A DNA stretch of 64,000 nucleotides. It comes from a bacterium (GTDB lineage: Bacteria > UBA10199 > 2-02-FULL-50-16 > JAJFLM01). The DNA is taken from the NCBI GenBank assembly GCA_965216315.1, contig CBDCFN010000016.1, positions 704,001-768,000 on the forward strand, in the 5' to 3' direction. This document shows positions 48,218 to 57,641 of the stretch, piece after piece. The notes under the pieces were generated by a model that ran no database searches, was not told the origin of the DNA, and was given only the letters and a program-made list of their open reading frames with translations. Each line of letters opens with the position of its first letter. Within the stretch, counting starts at the first letter, position 1. The position numbers and the translations under genes were made by a program.

Positions 48218-49461
48218 ACGCTGTGCCCTCAACGGAAAAAAAATCCTTTGATGTAGCGAGCATTCGTGAGGACTTCCCGATCTTGCAAGACCAAATGAAT
48301 GGCAAGCCACTCGTTTTTCTCGATAATGCGGCCTCTACTCAAAAGCCACAGGTCATGATCGATGCGGAGCAGGAGTTCTATGCGCATCAGTACGCTAACA
48401 TTCACCGTGGTGTTTACAAGTTAAGTGAAGCGGCAACGATAGCGTTTGAGGGGGCACGCAAAAAAGTTCAAAACTTTATCAATGCTCAAGATGCGCGCGA
48501 GATTATTTTTACAAGGTCGACGACGGAGTCGATTAACTTAGTCGCTCATTCGTATGGCCGGTCGAACATCCAGGCCGGTGATGAAGTCTTGATTACCGAA
48601 ATGGAACATCATTCTAACATCGTTCCCTGGCAACTTGTTTGTGAAGAGCAGGGAGCGACCTTAAGGGTGGTCCCGATCAATGATGCCGGTGAGGTGGCCT
48701 TAGCGGACTTTGAGCGCATGCTCACTGACAAGACCCGCATCGTAGCCATCACGCATATCTCCAATGCCTTGGGGACGATCAATCCGGTGAAAGATATCAT
48801 TGAACTAGCCCATAGCCGCAATGTTCCCGTCCTCGTCGATGGAGCCCAGGCGGCTCCCCATCTGGCCCTCGATATGCAAGCCCTGGACTGCGATTTTTAC
48901 GCGTTTTCCGGACACAAGGTTTTTGGGCCGACCGGCATCGGGGTCTTATACGGAAAATATGCGCACCTGGATGCGATGAAACCTTATCAAGGGGGTGGCG
49001 ATATGATCCAGACCGTCACCTTTGATAAGACGACTTTTAAAGAACCGCCGTATAAATTCGAAGCGGGAACGCCGAATATTGCCGGGGCGATTGCACTCGG
49101 GGTTTCACTTGATTACGTGAGCGCCATCGGCCTCGATGTGATTGCTAGTTACGAACAAGATTTACATGATTTTGCGGTGGAGAGTTTGCAACAGGTTCAA
49201 GGTCTCCGTTTGATTGGGACGGCCGCGCGGAAGACGGGACTGGTTTCTTTCGTATTAGCAGGGGCGCATCCTCATGATATCGGCACGATACTTGATAGGG
49301 AAGGAATTGCAATTCGCGCGGGGCATCACTGTGCCCAGCCTGTTATGGATCATTATAAGGTGCCTGCGACCGTGCGGGCTTCTTTTGCTTTTTATAATAC
49401 GCATGATGAAGTGACTGCCCTCGTCAAGGGGCTCGATAAAGTTCGGGAGATACTGGGATAA
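48211..49461 (+). CDS. sufS: Cysteine desulfurase SufS
   Basis: LDNAAST, EHHSN, FSGHK (PLP lysine) and RAGHHCAQP. Confidence 0.97.
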   Translation: MNNAVPSTEKKSFDVASIREDFPILQDQMNGKPLVFLDNAASTQKPQVMIDAEQEFYAHQYANIHRGVYKLSEAATIAFEGARKKVQNFINAQDAREIIFTRSTTESINLVAHSYGRSNIQAGDEVLITEMEHHSNIVPWQLVCEEQGATLRVVPINDAGEVALADFERMLTDKTRIVAITHISNALGTINPVKDIIELAHSRNVPVLVDGAQAAPHLALDMQALDCDFYAFSGHKVFGPTGIGVLYGKYAHLDAMKPYQGGGDMIQTVTFDKTTFKEPPYKFEAGTPNIAGAIALGVSLDYVSAIGLDVIASYEQDLHDFAVESLQQVQGLRLIGTAARKTGLVSFVLAGAHPHDIGTILDREGIAIRAGHHCAQPVMDHYKVPATVRASFAFYNTHDEVTALVKGLDKVREILG

Positions 49462-49907
49462 TGTCGGACTTAAGAGATCTCTATCAAGAAGTAATATTGG
49501 ATCACAGTAAAGCACCACGCAATTTTGGTGAACTGCAGGGTTCCAATCGAAAAGCTGAGGGTTACAATCCATTGTGTGGTGATCGCTTAACGCTCTTTCT
49601 GAGTGTCGAAGGTGAAACCGTATCGGATGTTCATTTCCAGGGCTCGGGTTGTGCGATTTCAACGGCCTCCGCCTCGATGATGACGGAAGCGATTAAGGGT
49701 AAGACGATCACGGAGGCTGGAGCCCTGTTTGAAGACTTCCATAATTTGGTGACCGGTGAGGGTGGGGTTAAGGATGGGGAATTAGGCAAATTGAAGATTT
49801 TTTCGGGGGTTCGGGATTATCCCACCCGGGTCAAATGCGCGACCCTCGCCTGGCATACCTTGAAGGCCGCGTGCGATAATAAGGACGAAGCGGTTTCGAC
49901 GGAGTGA
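49461..49907 (+). CDS. sufU: SufU/NifU-family sulfur transfer protein
   Basis: LYQEVILDH, NPLCGD, GCAISTASAS and RVKCATLAW. Confidence 0.95.
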   Translation: MSDLRDLYQEVILDHSKAPRNFGELQGSNRKAEGYNPLCGDRLTLFLSVEGETVSDVHFQGSGCAISTASASMMTEAIKGKTITEAGALFEDFHNLVTGEGGVKDGELGKLKIFSGVRDYPTRVKCATLAWHTLKAACDNKDEAVSTE

Positions 49908-49910
49908 ACG

Positions 49911-50294
49911 ATGGATGATCACGCCAGTAACGAAGTGCCCAACAATCCCTTGCAGCCGCCCCAGGAAGCCAAGCCCCAGGGTGAGGGCGGAGGCTCGCTG
50001 CGCGCTGAAGCGATCGATGTGCTTCAAAGTGTTTATGACCCAGAAATACCCGTTAATATCTGGGAGTTAGGGCTTATTTATAAAGTAGAAATTGAAAATG
50101 AAAAAGACCTTAAAGTTCAGATGACACTGACGACGCCGGCGTGCCCGGTGGCCGGATCGTTGCCCGGAGAGGTGGAGATGCGGCTCAAAACCATCGAAGG
50201 GATCGGGGACGTTCAGGTCGAGCTGGTCTGGGATCCGCCGTGGGATAAGGATATGATGAGTGAGGCGGCTAAGCTTCAATTGGGCTTTTTGTAA
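49911..50294 (+). CDS. sufT: SufT/DUF59 (MIP18) Fe-S assembly protein
   Basis: VYDPEIPVNI.ELGLIY, MTLTTPACPVA and WDPPW..MSE.AKL.LG. Confidence 0.92.
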   Translation: MDDHASNEVPNNPLQPPQEAKPQGEGGGSLRAEAIDVLQSVYDPEIPVNIWELGLIYKVEIENEKDLKVQMTLTTPACPVAGSLPGEVEMRLKTIEGIGDVQVELVWDPPWDKDMMSEAAKLQLGFL

Positions 50295-50338
50295 AAATTC
50301 TTGCAATTCGATGCCTTGAGGGGATATCTACAAGCGCC

Positions 50339-50632
50339 ATGTCACGAGTATGTCAAATAACCAAGAAGCGGCCTATGCGGGGGAATAACGTCTCCCATGC
50401 CAATAATAAGACGCATAAGATTCAGGATATCAACCTGACTTCTAAGCGCTTTTTCTTGCCGGAGCTCGGCCAATGGGTCCGGATCCGCGTTTCAACCAAG
50501 GGGATCAAGACTCTGACCAAGCTGGGGGGGCTGTCACCCTTTCTCTTGAAGACGCCGCTCGCTGAGCTTGATCCTGACCTCAGGCAGTGGAAACGCGCCT
50601 TGGCCAATCGTCTCAAGGTCGCGACGCGTTAA
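50339..50632 (+). CDS. rpmB: 50S ribosomal protein L28
   Basis: MSRVCQIT.K.P..GNNVSHANNKT motif. Confidence 0.95.
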   Translation: MSRVCQITKKRPMRGNNVSHANNKTHKIQDINLTSKRFFLPELGQWVRIRVSTKGIKTLTKLGGLSPFLLKTPLAELDPDLRQWKRALANRLKVATR

Positions 50633-50638
50633 TTGACT

Positions 50639-51115
50639 ATGTCTGATAAAGAAGCCATCGGAAGTGCCCTTGGTAAGATTCCCTCGGGAGTTGGAGTCTT
50701 AACGACTAAGAGTGGTGATCAAGAATCGGCCATGCTCGCCTCTTGGTTTCAACAGGCTGCGTTTGATCCGCCAATGGTGACGGTCGCAGTTAATAAGTCA
50801 CGTCCGATCGCGTCGCTGATCGATGATTCCAAGAAATTTTGCCTTAGTCTTTTTCATACTAATCAAAAAAATCTGTTCGGACATTTTGCCCGCGGTTTTG
50901 AACCCGGTGTGGATCCCTTTGAAGGTATCAATGTGAAGCGGGAAGAATGTGGTTGCGCCATTCTTGCCGACTCAATGGCTTATCTGCGCTGCGAATTAGT
51001 CAGCGTTACGGATGCCGGGGATCATAAGCTTTATCTTGGCAAGATTATCGACGGCAATATTCTCGACGACGGGAATACGATGGTTCATACCCGCAAGAAC
51101 GGCTTCAAATACTGA
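50639..51115 (+). CDS. Flavin reductase-like protein
   Basis: ASWFQQAAFDPP, GDH.L and C-terminal H.RKNG..Y. Confidence 0.9.
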   Translation: MSDKEAIGSALGKIPSGVGVLTTKSGDQESAMLASWFQQAAFDPPMVTVAVNKSRPIASLIDDSKKFCLSLFHTNQKNLFGHFARGFEPGVDPFEGINVKREECGCAILADSMAYLRCELVSVTDAGDHKLYLGKIIDGNILDDGNTMVHTRKNGFKY

Positions 51116-51132
51116 CCGCCCTCTTGAGTCTC

Positions 51133-51678
51133 TTAATGCATGCCTCCGCCGAGGACGAGTTGGGCGGGATCGATTCCCATATCGCCGAGCACAGCGTGCC
51201 ATATCTTATCGGTCGGGGTCTCGAAGATGTGGGTTGGATTAACCTCCGTAGTTAGCCAGGCACCTTGGGTCATCTCCTGATCGAGCTGTCCCTCGCCCCA
51301 GCCGGCATAGCCGAGTAAAAAACGCATTTCTTTATAGCCAGTTTCGAGCAATTCTTTGAGCGAATCTTGACTGCCGCTCAGAAATAAACCGGGCATGATT
51401 TCCTGCTTTTCACCGAGTTTTCCGTTTTGATGAATGATCCAACCGCCCGCAGGTTCGACCGGTCCTCCCTTGAAGACGGGGGCGGCCGCAATCCTCTCAT
51501 TGCAGATGAGGTCATGATTCTCGGCAAAACTGCCTAAATCGAGTGCAGTCGGGTCGTTAATGACGAGTCCCAGTGCGCCGTCGGGGCTGTGTTCGAGGAT
51601 GAGGACGATGCGATGTGAGAAATTAGGGTCCCCGAGCTGGGGGACGGCGATGAGAAAACTAGGATTAAAGCGCGCCAC
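51133..51678 (-). CDS. YqgE/AlgH family protein (start uncertain)
   Basis: L.DPNF, GALGLVIN, GGPV and LGYAGWG.GQL..E...AW. Confidence 0.9.
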   Translation of the reverse strand: MARFNPSFLIAVPQLGDPNFSHRIVLILEHSPDGALGLVINDPTALDLGSFAENHDLICNERIAAAPVFKGGPVEPAGGWIIHQNGKLGEKQEIMPGLFLSGSQDSLKELLETGYKEMRFLLGYAGWGEGQLDQEMTQGAWLTTEVNPTHIFETPTDKIWHAVLGDMGIDPAQLVLGGGMH

Positions 51679-51745
51679 CTCCTCATCATAAAGTATACGC
51701 CCCCCTTTGACAATTTTCAGCCTGTGGTGTCTGGTGGCGATCTCT

Positions 51746-53140
51746 ATGGGTACGGATTCCGCCATCCAATTTTTTGAACAGCATCAAGCCGAGTATCTGG
51801 AAGATCTCAAGTCATTGGTAAAAATTCCGAGTGTTTCCTTTAGTGGATTTCCGTCGGATGAGGTGCGACGCAGTGCTGAGGCGACGGCGCAATTGCTGAG
51901 CGAGCGCGGTTTTGAAAAGGTCGAGCTGTTGGAAATAGAGGGCGCGCACCCGGCGGTTTACGGCGAAGTTTGTCCTCATCCCGATGCGCCTACCTTGTTG
52001 CTTTATGCCCACCACGATGTCCAGCCTGCCGGGGATCGAACGCTGTGGAGCAGCGATCCGTTCGAACCGGTTGAACGTAACGGACGTCTCTATGCGCGTG
52101 GTGCCGCGGATGATAAGGCGGGAATTATTGTTCATACTTCGGCGGTGCACGCTTGGTTGCAGAGTAACGGTGCGTTACCGATCAACGTCAAAATTATCGT
52201 CGAAGGTGAGGAAGAGACGGGCAGCGATCATCTCCAGGATTTTCTCAAGACTTACAAGGATCAATTGAAAGCCGATGCGATTGTCTTAACGGATACGTCT
52301 AATTTTGATGCCGGAGTACCTTCTATTACGACGCTGTTGCGCGGGCTCGTTGCGGTGGATATTGAAGTCAGAGCCCTGAAGAATTCGCTTCATTCGGGGA
52401 TGTGGGGCGGTGCCGTGCCGGATGCGGCGACGGCATTGACTAAACTGTTGGGCCAACTCGTTGATGACGTCGGTCGTATTCAGATTCCCGGTATTTACGA
52501 TGACGTCAGGGTGCTAACACCGCATGAACGTGAGATGTTGGAGAAGTTGCCGGTAACGAAAGACGAGTTTCGGCAACAAGCCGGCGTATTGGATGGCGTC
52601 GACTTGTGGGGTGACGGGGCGCATCCGTATGAATTGAATTGGCATCACCCATCTCTTGCCGTCAATGCGGTGCAGGCGAGTAGTCGCGAGGATGCCCGAA
52701 ATGTTCTTTGCGGTACGGCGTGGGCGCGTGTCGGGATTCGCATTGTTCCAGACATGGATCCTCACAAGACCTTGCAACAGGTGACAGCCTTTCTTAAGGA
52801 AAATATCCCATGGGGGCTGAATATTAACATTCGACCGGAAACGGTTGCAGGTTGGTGGGAGACGGCGACCGATCATCCGGCTTTTGAGGCGGCCTTTCGG
52901 GCCCTCGAAAAAGGTTATGGCCGCGAGGCTTTGCCCATTGGTTGCGGCGGGTCGATTCCCTTTGTTGAACCTTTTTCACGCGAACTCGGTGATGTGCCCG
53001 CACTGTTAATCGGCATTGAAGATCCTTACACCAATGCTCACGCCGAGAATGAAAGCTTGAATCTGGATGACTGGGGGAAGTCGATAAGGTCGGCTATTTA
53101 TTTATACGAGGAACTAGCAAAGGTGTTGAACGGAGCATGA
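51746..53140 (+). CDS. M20 family metallo-dipeptidase
   Basis: [23 protein letters not shown] and HAENE. Confidence 0.93.
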   Translation: MGTDSAIQFFEQHQAEYLEDLKSLVKIPSVSFSGFPSDEVRRSAEATAQLLSERGFEKVELLEIEGAHPAVYGEVCPHPDAPTLLLYAHHDVQPAGDRTLWSSDPFEPVERNGRLYARGAADDKAGIIVHTSAVHAWLQSNGALPINVKIIVEGEEETGSDHLQDFLKTYKDQLKADAIVLTDTSNFDAGVPSITTLLRGLVAVDIEVRALKNSLHSGMWGGAVPDAATALTKLLGQLVDDVGRIQIPGIYDDVRVLTPHEREMLEKLPVTKDEFRQQAGVLDGVDLWGDGAHPYELNWHHPSLAVNAVQASSREDARNVLCGTAWARVGIRIVPDMDPHKTLQQVTAFLKENIPWGLNINIRPETVAGWWETATDHPAFEAAFRALEKGYGREALPIGCGGSIPFVEPFSRELGDVPALLIGIEDPYTNAHAENESLNLDDWGKSIRSAIYLYEELAKVLNGA

Positions 53141-53508
53141 ATTCAGACGAACTGAAAGTTTTTTGTGACGAGTGGCTCAAGGCCTGGACGGGCAATCGCC
53201 CGGAACATCTCCTCTCGTTTTATAAGGAAGATGCGTATTACCAGGACCCGGCCCATCCGGAAGGACTCAAGGGGCATGCCGCGATAAAATCTTATTTTGA
53301 AAAGTTACTCGCGGCCAACCCGGATTGGGTGTGGACCCTGGTCGAGTTGATTCCGAATGAAAAAGGCTTTGTCTTGAAATGGCAGGCCGATATTCCCATT
53401 TTGGATGCGGCTATATTAACTTGTGGTGTCGACATCGTTGAGCTGCAAGATGGAAAAATAAGCCGCAACGAAGTTTACTTTGATCCCAGTCTCCTGAGAA
53501 AAAAGTAA
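53137..53508 (+). CDS. SnoaL/NTF2-like protein
   Basis: Y..DA.Y.DP....G..G and G.D......GKI....VYFD motifs. Confidence 0.85.
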   Translation: MNSDELKVFCDEWLKAWTGNRPEHLLSFYKEDAYYQDPAHPEGLKGHAAIKSYFEKLLAANPDWVWTLVELIPNEKGFVLKWQADIPILDAAILTCGVDIVELQDGKISRNEVYFDPSLLRKK

Positions 53509-54746
53509 TGGAAAGACTGATTAGCGCATTGGGTTTGCTTGGACTCATTGGCTTGGCATGGCTGCTCTCGACGCAACGGCGGAAACTTCCCGTCCGCACG
53601 ATCTTAGCGGGCTTGGTCATTCAACTGCTCTTTGCCGTCTTTATCTTCTTAGTTCCCGCAGGCGAAAAGTTATTTCAGGCGCTCAATAATATCGTTGTGG
53701 TGATTATCGATGCAGGCATGGAAGGGGGGCGCTTTGTCTTTGGGTCGCTCGCGATGGGATCGGGAGAAAAAGGTTCGGTTGGCTTGATACTTGCTTTTCA
53801 AGCCTTTCCGACGATTATCTTTTTTGCGGCGTTGATGCAGGTCCTGTATTTTTTCAAGCTATTGCCGTGGCTCATTCGTTTGTTTGCCATGGTATTTCGC
53901 AAGGCAATGGGTTTATCAGGTGTCGAATCTCTGTGCGCCGCTTGCAATATCTTTGTTGGCATTGAGTCGTTGACGACTATTCGGCCTTATTTGCGACAGG
54001 CGAGTTTGTCGGAATTATGCGCGATTCTGACCGCGGGGATGGCGACAATCGCTTCGAGTATACTGGGTTTTTATGTCATTGTTTTGCGAGAGCAATTTCC
54101 ACAAATTGCGGGTCATCTGATTGCCGCTTCCGTCCTTTCGGCTCCCGCCGCCTTGGTAATGGCCAAAGTCCTCGTACCCGAACCTGACGAAGATGAAGTC
54201 GACCGAAGTGAGGCAACATTGACAATTGAGCGGGATGACGGCGTCTTTGCGGCGATCGTTAATGGGGCGATGGCAGGGGGCAAACTGGTCTTTGGTATCG
54301 TCGTGGTTTTAATCGCGATGTTGGGCCTTGTTGCCGTCCTCAATCTTGGCATTGAAGGGGTTACGGGTTGCACGCTGCAAGATCTTCTCGCATATGTCTT
54401 TTATCCCTTTGCTCTCTTGATAGGAGTTGTGCCTGCCGATGCGATGACCGTGGCGCGCTTGTTAGGGGAACGCTTGATCATGACAGAAGTAACAGCCTAT
54501 CAGAGCTTGGCGACGCTGATTCAAGACAATGGTTTTCAGTCGGTACGAAGTGTTGTGCTCGCCTCGTATGCGCTCTGCGGCTTCGCTCACGTGGCGAGCA
54601 TGGCAATCTTTACGGGCGGTTTGGCGGCCCTTGTTCCCGAGAGAACAGGGGCTATTACAAAGATAGCCCCACGGGCATTGTTGGCGGCGACGCTTGCTTG
54701 TCTGATGACCGCGGCGGTGGCGGGGCTGTTTATTCAGTCCCCATAG
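53508..54746 (+). CDS. CNT/NupC-family nucleoside transporter
   Basis: PTIIFF..L, NIFVG..E, GMATIA and YALCGFA motifs in a polytopic membrane protein. Confidence 0.92.
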   Translation: MERLISALGLLGLIGLAWLLSTQRRKLPVRTILAGLVIQLLFAVFIFLVPAGEKLFQALNNIVVVIIDAGMEGGRFVFGSLAMGSGEKGSVGLILAFQAFPTIIFFAALMQVLYFFKLLPWLIRLFAMVFRKAMGLSGVESLCAACNIFVGIESLTTIRPYLRQASLSELCAILTAGMATIASSILGFYVIVLREQFPQIAGHLIAASVLSAPAALVMAKVLVPEPDEDEVDRSEATLTIERDDGVFAAIVNGAMAGGKLVFGIVVVLIAMLGLVAVLNLGIEGVTGCTLQDLLAYVFYPFALLIGVVPADAMTVARLLGERLIMTEVTAYQSLATLIQDNGFQSVRSVVLASYALCGFAHVASMAIFTGGLAALVPERTGAITKIAPRALLAATLACLMTAAVAGLFIQSP

Positions 54747-55159
54747 ACGTCGACGATCTCTCCGACGCCGCCCCCAGCGCAGTAGTCTCTATTCGTATAG
54801 CATCCGCAATCATAATACTCGGTCCCGCCGCCTCCCGTTTTACAAGTGCAAGTTTTCTGGCACTTTGGGTCGCTACAGGTCTCTGATTCAACATTCTTGC
54901 ACTTATTGGGATCTTTCTTGAATATTTTCCCGAACAGAGCGGTCGATTGAGTCCCAGTGATCACTCTTTTGTTTTGACTGATCACATCAGCGACTTCTTT
55001 AACGATTCCCGAATCGAACTGACTGAGGGTCTTTACAACTCTTGCCTTCTCTGCGGCCCTGGCGTCTTCATCTACCAGGTCTTCGGCAGCGAGTAAGGGG
55101 CTGTTGGTAAAGAGAATGATCACAGTTATCACTAGTCCGTAGCCTATAAGTCGACTCAT
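54734..55159 (-). CDS. Small secreted protein with Cys-rich C-terminus
   Basis: AGGAG RBS, signal peptide ending LLA-A, and eight Cys in the last ~55 aa. Confidence 0.65.
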   Translation of the reverse strand: MSRLIGYGLVITVIILFTNSPLLAAEDLVDEDARAAEKARVVKTLSQFDSGIVKEVADVISQNKRVITGTQSTALFGKIFKKDPNKCKNVESETCSDPKCQKTCTCKTGGGGTEYYDCGCYTNRDYCAGGGVGEIVDVYGD

Positions 55160-55192
55160 AACGGTTCTCCTTCCCGGAGATGATAACACAGC

Positions 55193-55744
55193 TCACTTCA
55201 GAAGCCATTCACGAAGAATATTTAACGGAAGGCCGATAATACTGTTGAGCTCCCCTTCGATCGCGACGGCGAACTCCTTGGCCCCGCCTTGAATGGCGTA
55301 GGCGCCTGCCTTGTCGAGGGGTTCACCGGAAGCGACATAGGTGTCGATTTCTTCTGTACTTAAAGTTCGAAAAGTCACCTTGGCTTGCTCGACATGTGAT
55401 TGGGCTGTGTTGTCGCGCGTATTGAGGAGGACGACGGCGGTGAAGATGGAATGGGTTTGGCCGGATAAAGTGCTTAACATGGCACGTGCATGCTCTGCGT
55501 CGCGCGGTTTGCCCAGCTTTGCTTGGTTAAAAGCGACAATGGTGTCACTCGCGATAATAAAGCTACCAGGGCAGGCCGCGGCAACTGATTCCGCCTTTTT
55601 TTGAGCAAAGAGGCGGGCCTCCTGCTCCGGGCTAAGGTCAGTGGGCGCTTCTTCGAAGCGAGGGGTGATGATTTCGAAAGGAATCTCAAGCTGTTGGAGC
55701 AATTCCCGGCGGCGGGGTGAGGTGGAGGCGAGGTAGAGCTTCAT
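55193..55744 (-). CDS. maf: Maf family nucleoside triphosphate pyrophosphatase
   Basis: LASTSPRRRELL, ASDTIV, KP, DKAGAYAIQG and IGLP. Confidence 0.95.
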   Translation of the reverse strand: MKLYLASTSPRRRELLQQLEIPFEIITPRFEEAPTDLSPEQEARLFAQKKAESVAAACPGSFIIASDTIVAFNQAKLGKPRDAEHARAMLSTLSGQTHSIFTAVVLLNTRDNTAQSHVEQAKVTFRTLSTEEIDTYVASGEPLDKAGAYAIQGGAKEFAVAIEGELNSIIGLPLNILREWLLK

Positions 55745-55782
55745 GCTTGAGGTGTATAAGATGTCCGTTTATAAGATCAAGT

Positions 55783-56916
55783 ATGGATGCTCCCTTTCTT
55801 GGCTTTTGGAATGACCTTCCTCGGCCCATTGTCGGTTTAGCGCCGATGGATGGGGTGACGGATAGTGTTTGTCGCGCGATCAACGTGCGCCATGGTCGCC
55901 CTGATGTCGTGTTTACCGAGTTTACCCACGCGGAAGGCCTGATTAGGGCTCCGCAACGCCTACTGCGTGATCTCGATTATGACGAAGGTCAACGTCCTAT
56001 CGTGGCGCAAATCTATGGTCATCGGCCGGAAGATTTTTATAATGCCACGCATGTCGTTTGTGAACTCGGATTTGACGGCATTGATATCAATATGGGTTGT
56101 CCGGCCCGCAAAGTAGTGAGTCGCAAGTGCGGTGCCGGGATGATTCAAGAGCCGGAACTGGCCCGCGCCGTGATTCGCGCGACGCGACAGGCGATCTTGG
56201 ATTGGCAGGGTGGGCAAACGCTATCCGATATTCACTTGCCGAATCGTTTAATTGAACAGGTGTCGAAGGCGAATGAAGTGCGCGGCACGATCAAGTCTAA
56301 GCGAAAACGTATTCCTTATTCCGTAAAGACGCGCATTGGTTATAACTCGGATATCATTGAGTCATGGGTGGAAACTCTGTTGGCCGAGCAACCGGCGGTT
56401 ATTTCGATTCACGGGCGCACGCTTAAGCAAATGTACAAAGGCGAAGCCGATTGGGATGCGATCGCGCGGGCCGCAAAAATAATTCGACCGACGGGGACGC
56501 TGGTGCTCGGCAATGGGGACATTAATACACTTGGCGAAGCAGCACGGCGAATCAGTGCCAGTCGTGTTGATGGGGTGCTATTGGGGCGAGGGACGCTGGG
56601 AAATCCATGGATCTTTAAACATGTCGAAGCCTTGAGACAGGCGCTAGAGACGGGCTTATTAAGCAATTTAGAAGAACCAATCATCTCATGTTTAGAACGT
56701 TTTCAAGTCGCGTTAGAACATACCCGTCTCCTCGAAAAACAGCGCGGCGAGCGCGCCTTTCCGGGAATCAAGCGTCATCTGAAAGGTTATCTCAATGGTT
56801 TTCGGGGGGCAGCCATCTTGCGACGCCAGGCCATGCTGTCGCGCTCTTTTGCAGAACTCGAAGCCCAGCTGGCGCCTTTTGCCGATAATCAAACTAATGT
56901 GTATCGAGCCAGTTGA
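55783..56916 (+). CDS. tRNA-dihydrouridine synthase (Dus family)
   Basis: LAPMDGVTD, DINMGCP, SVKTRIG, IHGRT, GNGDI and LGR...GNPW. Confidence 0.93.
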   Translation: MDAPFLGFWNDLPRPIVGLAPMDGVTDSVCRAINVRHGRPDVVFTEFTHAEGLIRAPQRLLRDLDYDEGQRPIVAQIYGHRPEDFYNATHVVCELGFDGIDINMGCPARKVVSRKCGAGMIQEPELARAVIRATRQAILDWQGGQTLSDIHLPNRLIEQVSKANEVRGTIKSKRKRIPYSVKTRIGYNSDIIESWVETLLAEQPAVISIHGRTLKQMYKGEADWDAIARAAKIIRPTGTLVLGNGDINTLGEAARRISASRVDGVLLGRGTLGNPWIFKHVEALRQALETGLLSNLEEPIISCLERFQVALEHTRLLEKQRGERAFPGIKRHLKGYLNGFRGAAILRRQAMLSRSFAELEAQLAPFADNQTNVYRAS

Positions 56917-57376
56917 GGATGGGTTCGAGGTCTTTTTCTTCTATAGAAGTATCTAAGCCGATCAGTCTAGCCCCTTCAAGTGTTGCCAAGCAGGACATCA
57001 TCGTTTGCAAAGACTCCATTTTTTTGGCTTCCTCGGTGTAAAGGTGATCGAGGTGGGCCTTGAAGCGATAGTAATCCTGCATGCAGACGACGGCCGGGAG
57101 TCGGACGGCATCACCGATGCTCACATAGGAAGGCGCGAAGGCAAAACCGGCATGGCAAAGCACGAGTTCACGTTCGTCTTCGAAAACCAGGTTGATGTAA
57201 TCTGCTTCGCCGGTGGGGTTTGTCTTGCGTCGCCACTGGGCGACTTCGCCAAAGAGAATGATTCGATCCTTGCCCGTAGCGACTTCCTGGAGATGGACGC
57301 CGTGGGGGATTTCTTTTGATATGAAGATGCCGGAATAGTCCTGGAGCCATTGTTTGAGGGTCTGATCGAGGGTCAT
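56894..57376 (-). CDS. Hypothetical protein
   Basis: 160-aa ORF with protein-like composition that fills the gap between dus and the next promoter. Confidence 0.65.
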   Translation of the reverse strand: MTLDQTLKQWLQDYSGIFISKEIPHGVHLQEVATGKDRIILFGEVAQWRRKTNPTGEADYINLVFEDERELVLCHAGFAFAPSYVSIGDAVRLPAVVCMQDYYRFKAHLDHLYTEEAKKMESLQTMMSCLATLEGARLIGLDTSIEEKDLEPILNWLDTH

Positions 57377-57574
57377 GCTCAGGCTCTATAACCCAAAATT
57401 TTGAGGTGACGCAAATCAGCTTTAATGACCCGGTAGGGGCGTCAAGAAATCCGACACTTGCCCCAATCAAAATGATAATTTGACACGGTGCACGGCAGAG
57501 GCTCGGATCCGTTTATCAAAAAAATATCGTTATAGATAAGCAGGTTATAGAGTTTTTTAGATTCCCATCAAATC

Positions 57575-57590
57575 TGGCACATTGCTTGCT
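57575..57590 (+). promoter_or_regulatory. sigma54 -24/-12 promoter
   Basis: TGGCAC-ATTGC-TTGCT. Confidence 0.85.
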
Positions 57591-57641
57591 CATCTTAGGC
57601 CCGTTACGCCTCAAGGCGAAGGGTTAAAGTGAGAATCAATA

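Noticed and set aside
57433..57441. Isolated GTAGGGGCG REP head
   Set aside because: No hairpin partner follows, so it is too short to call.
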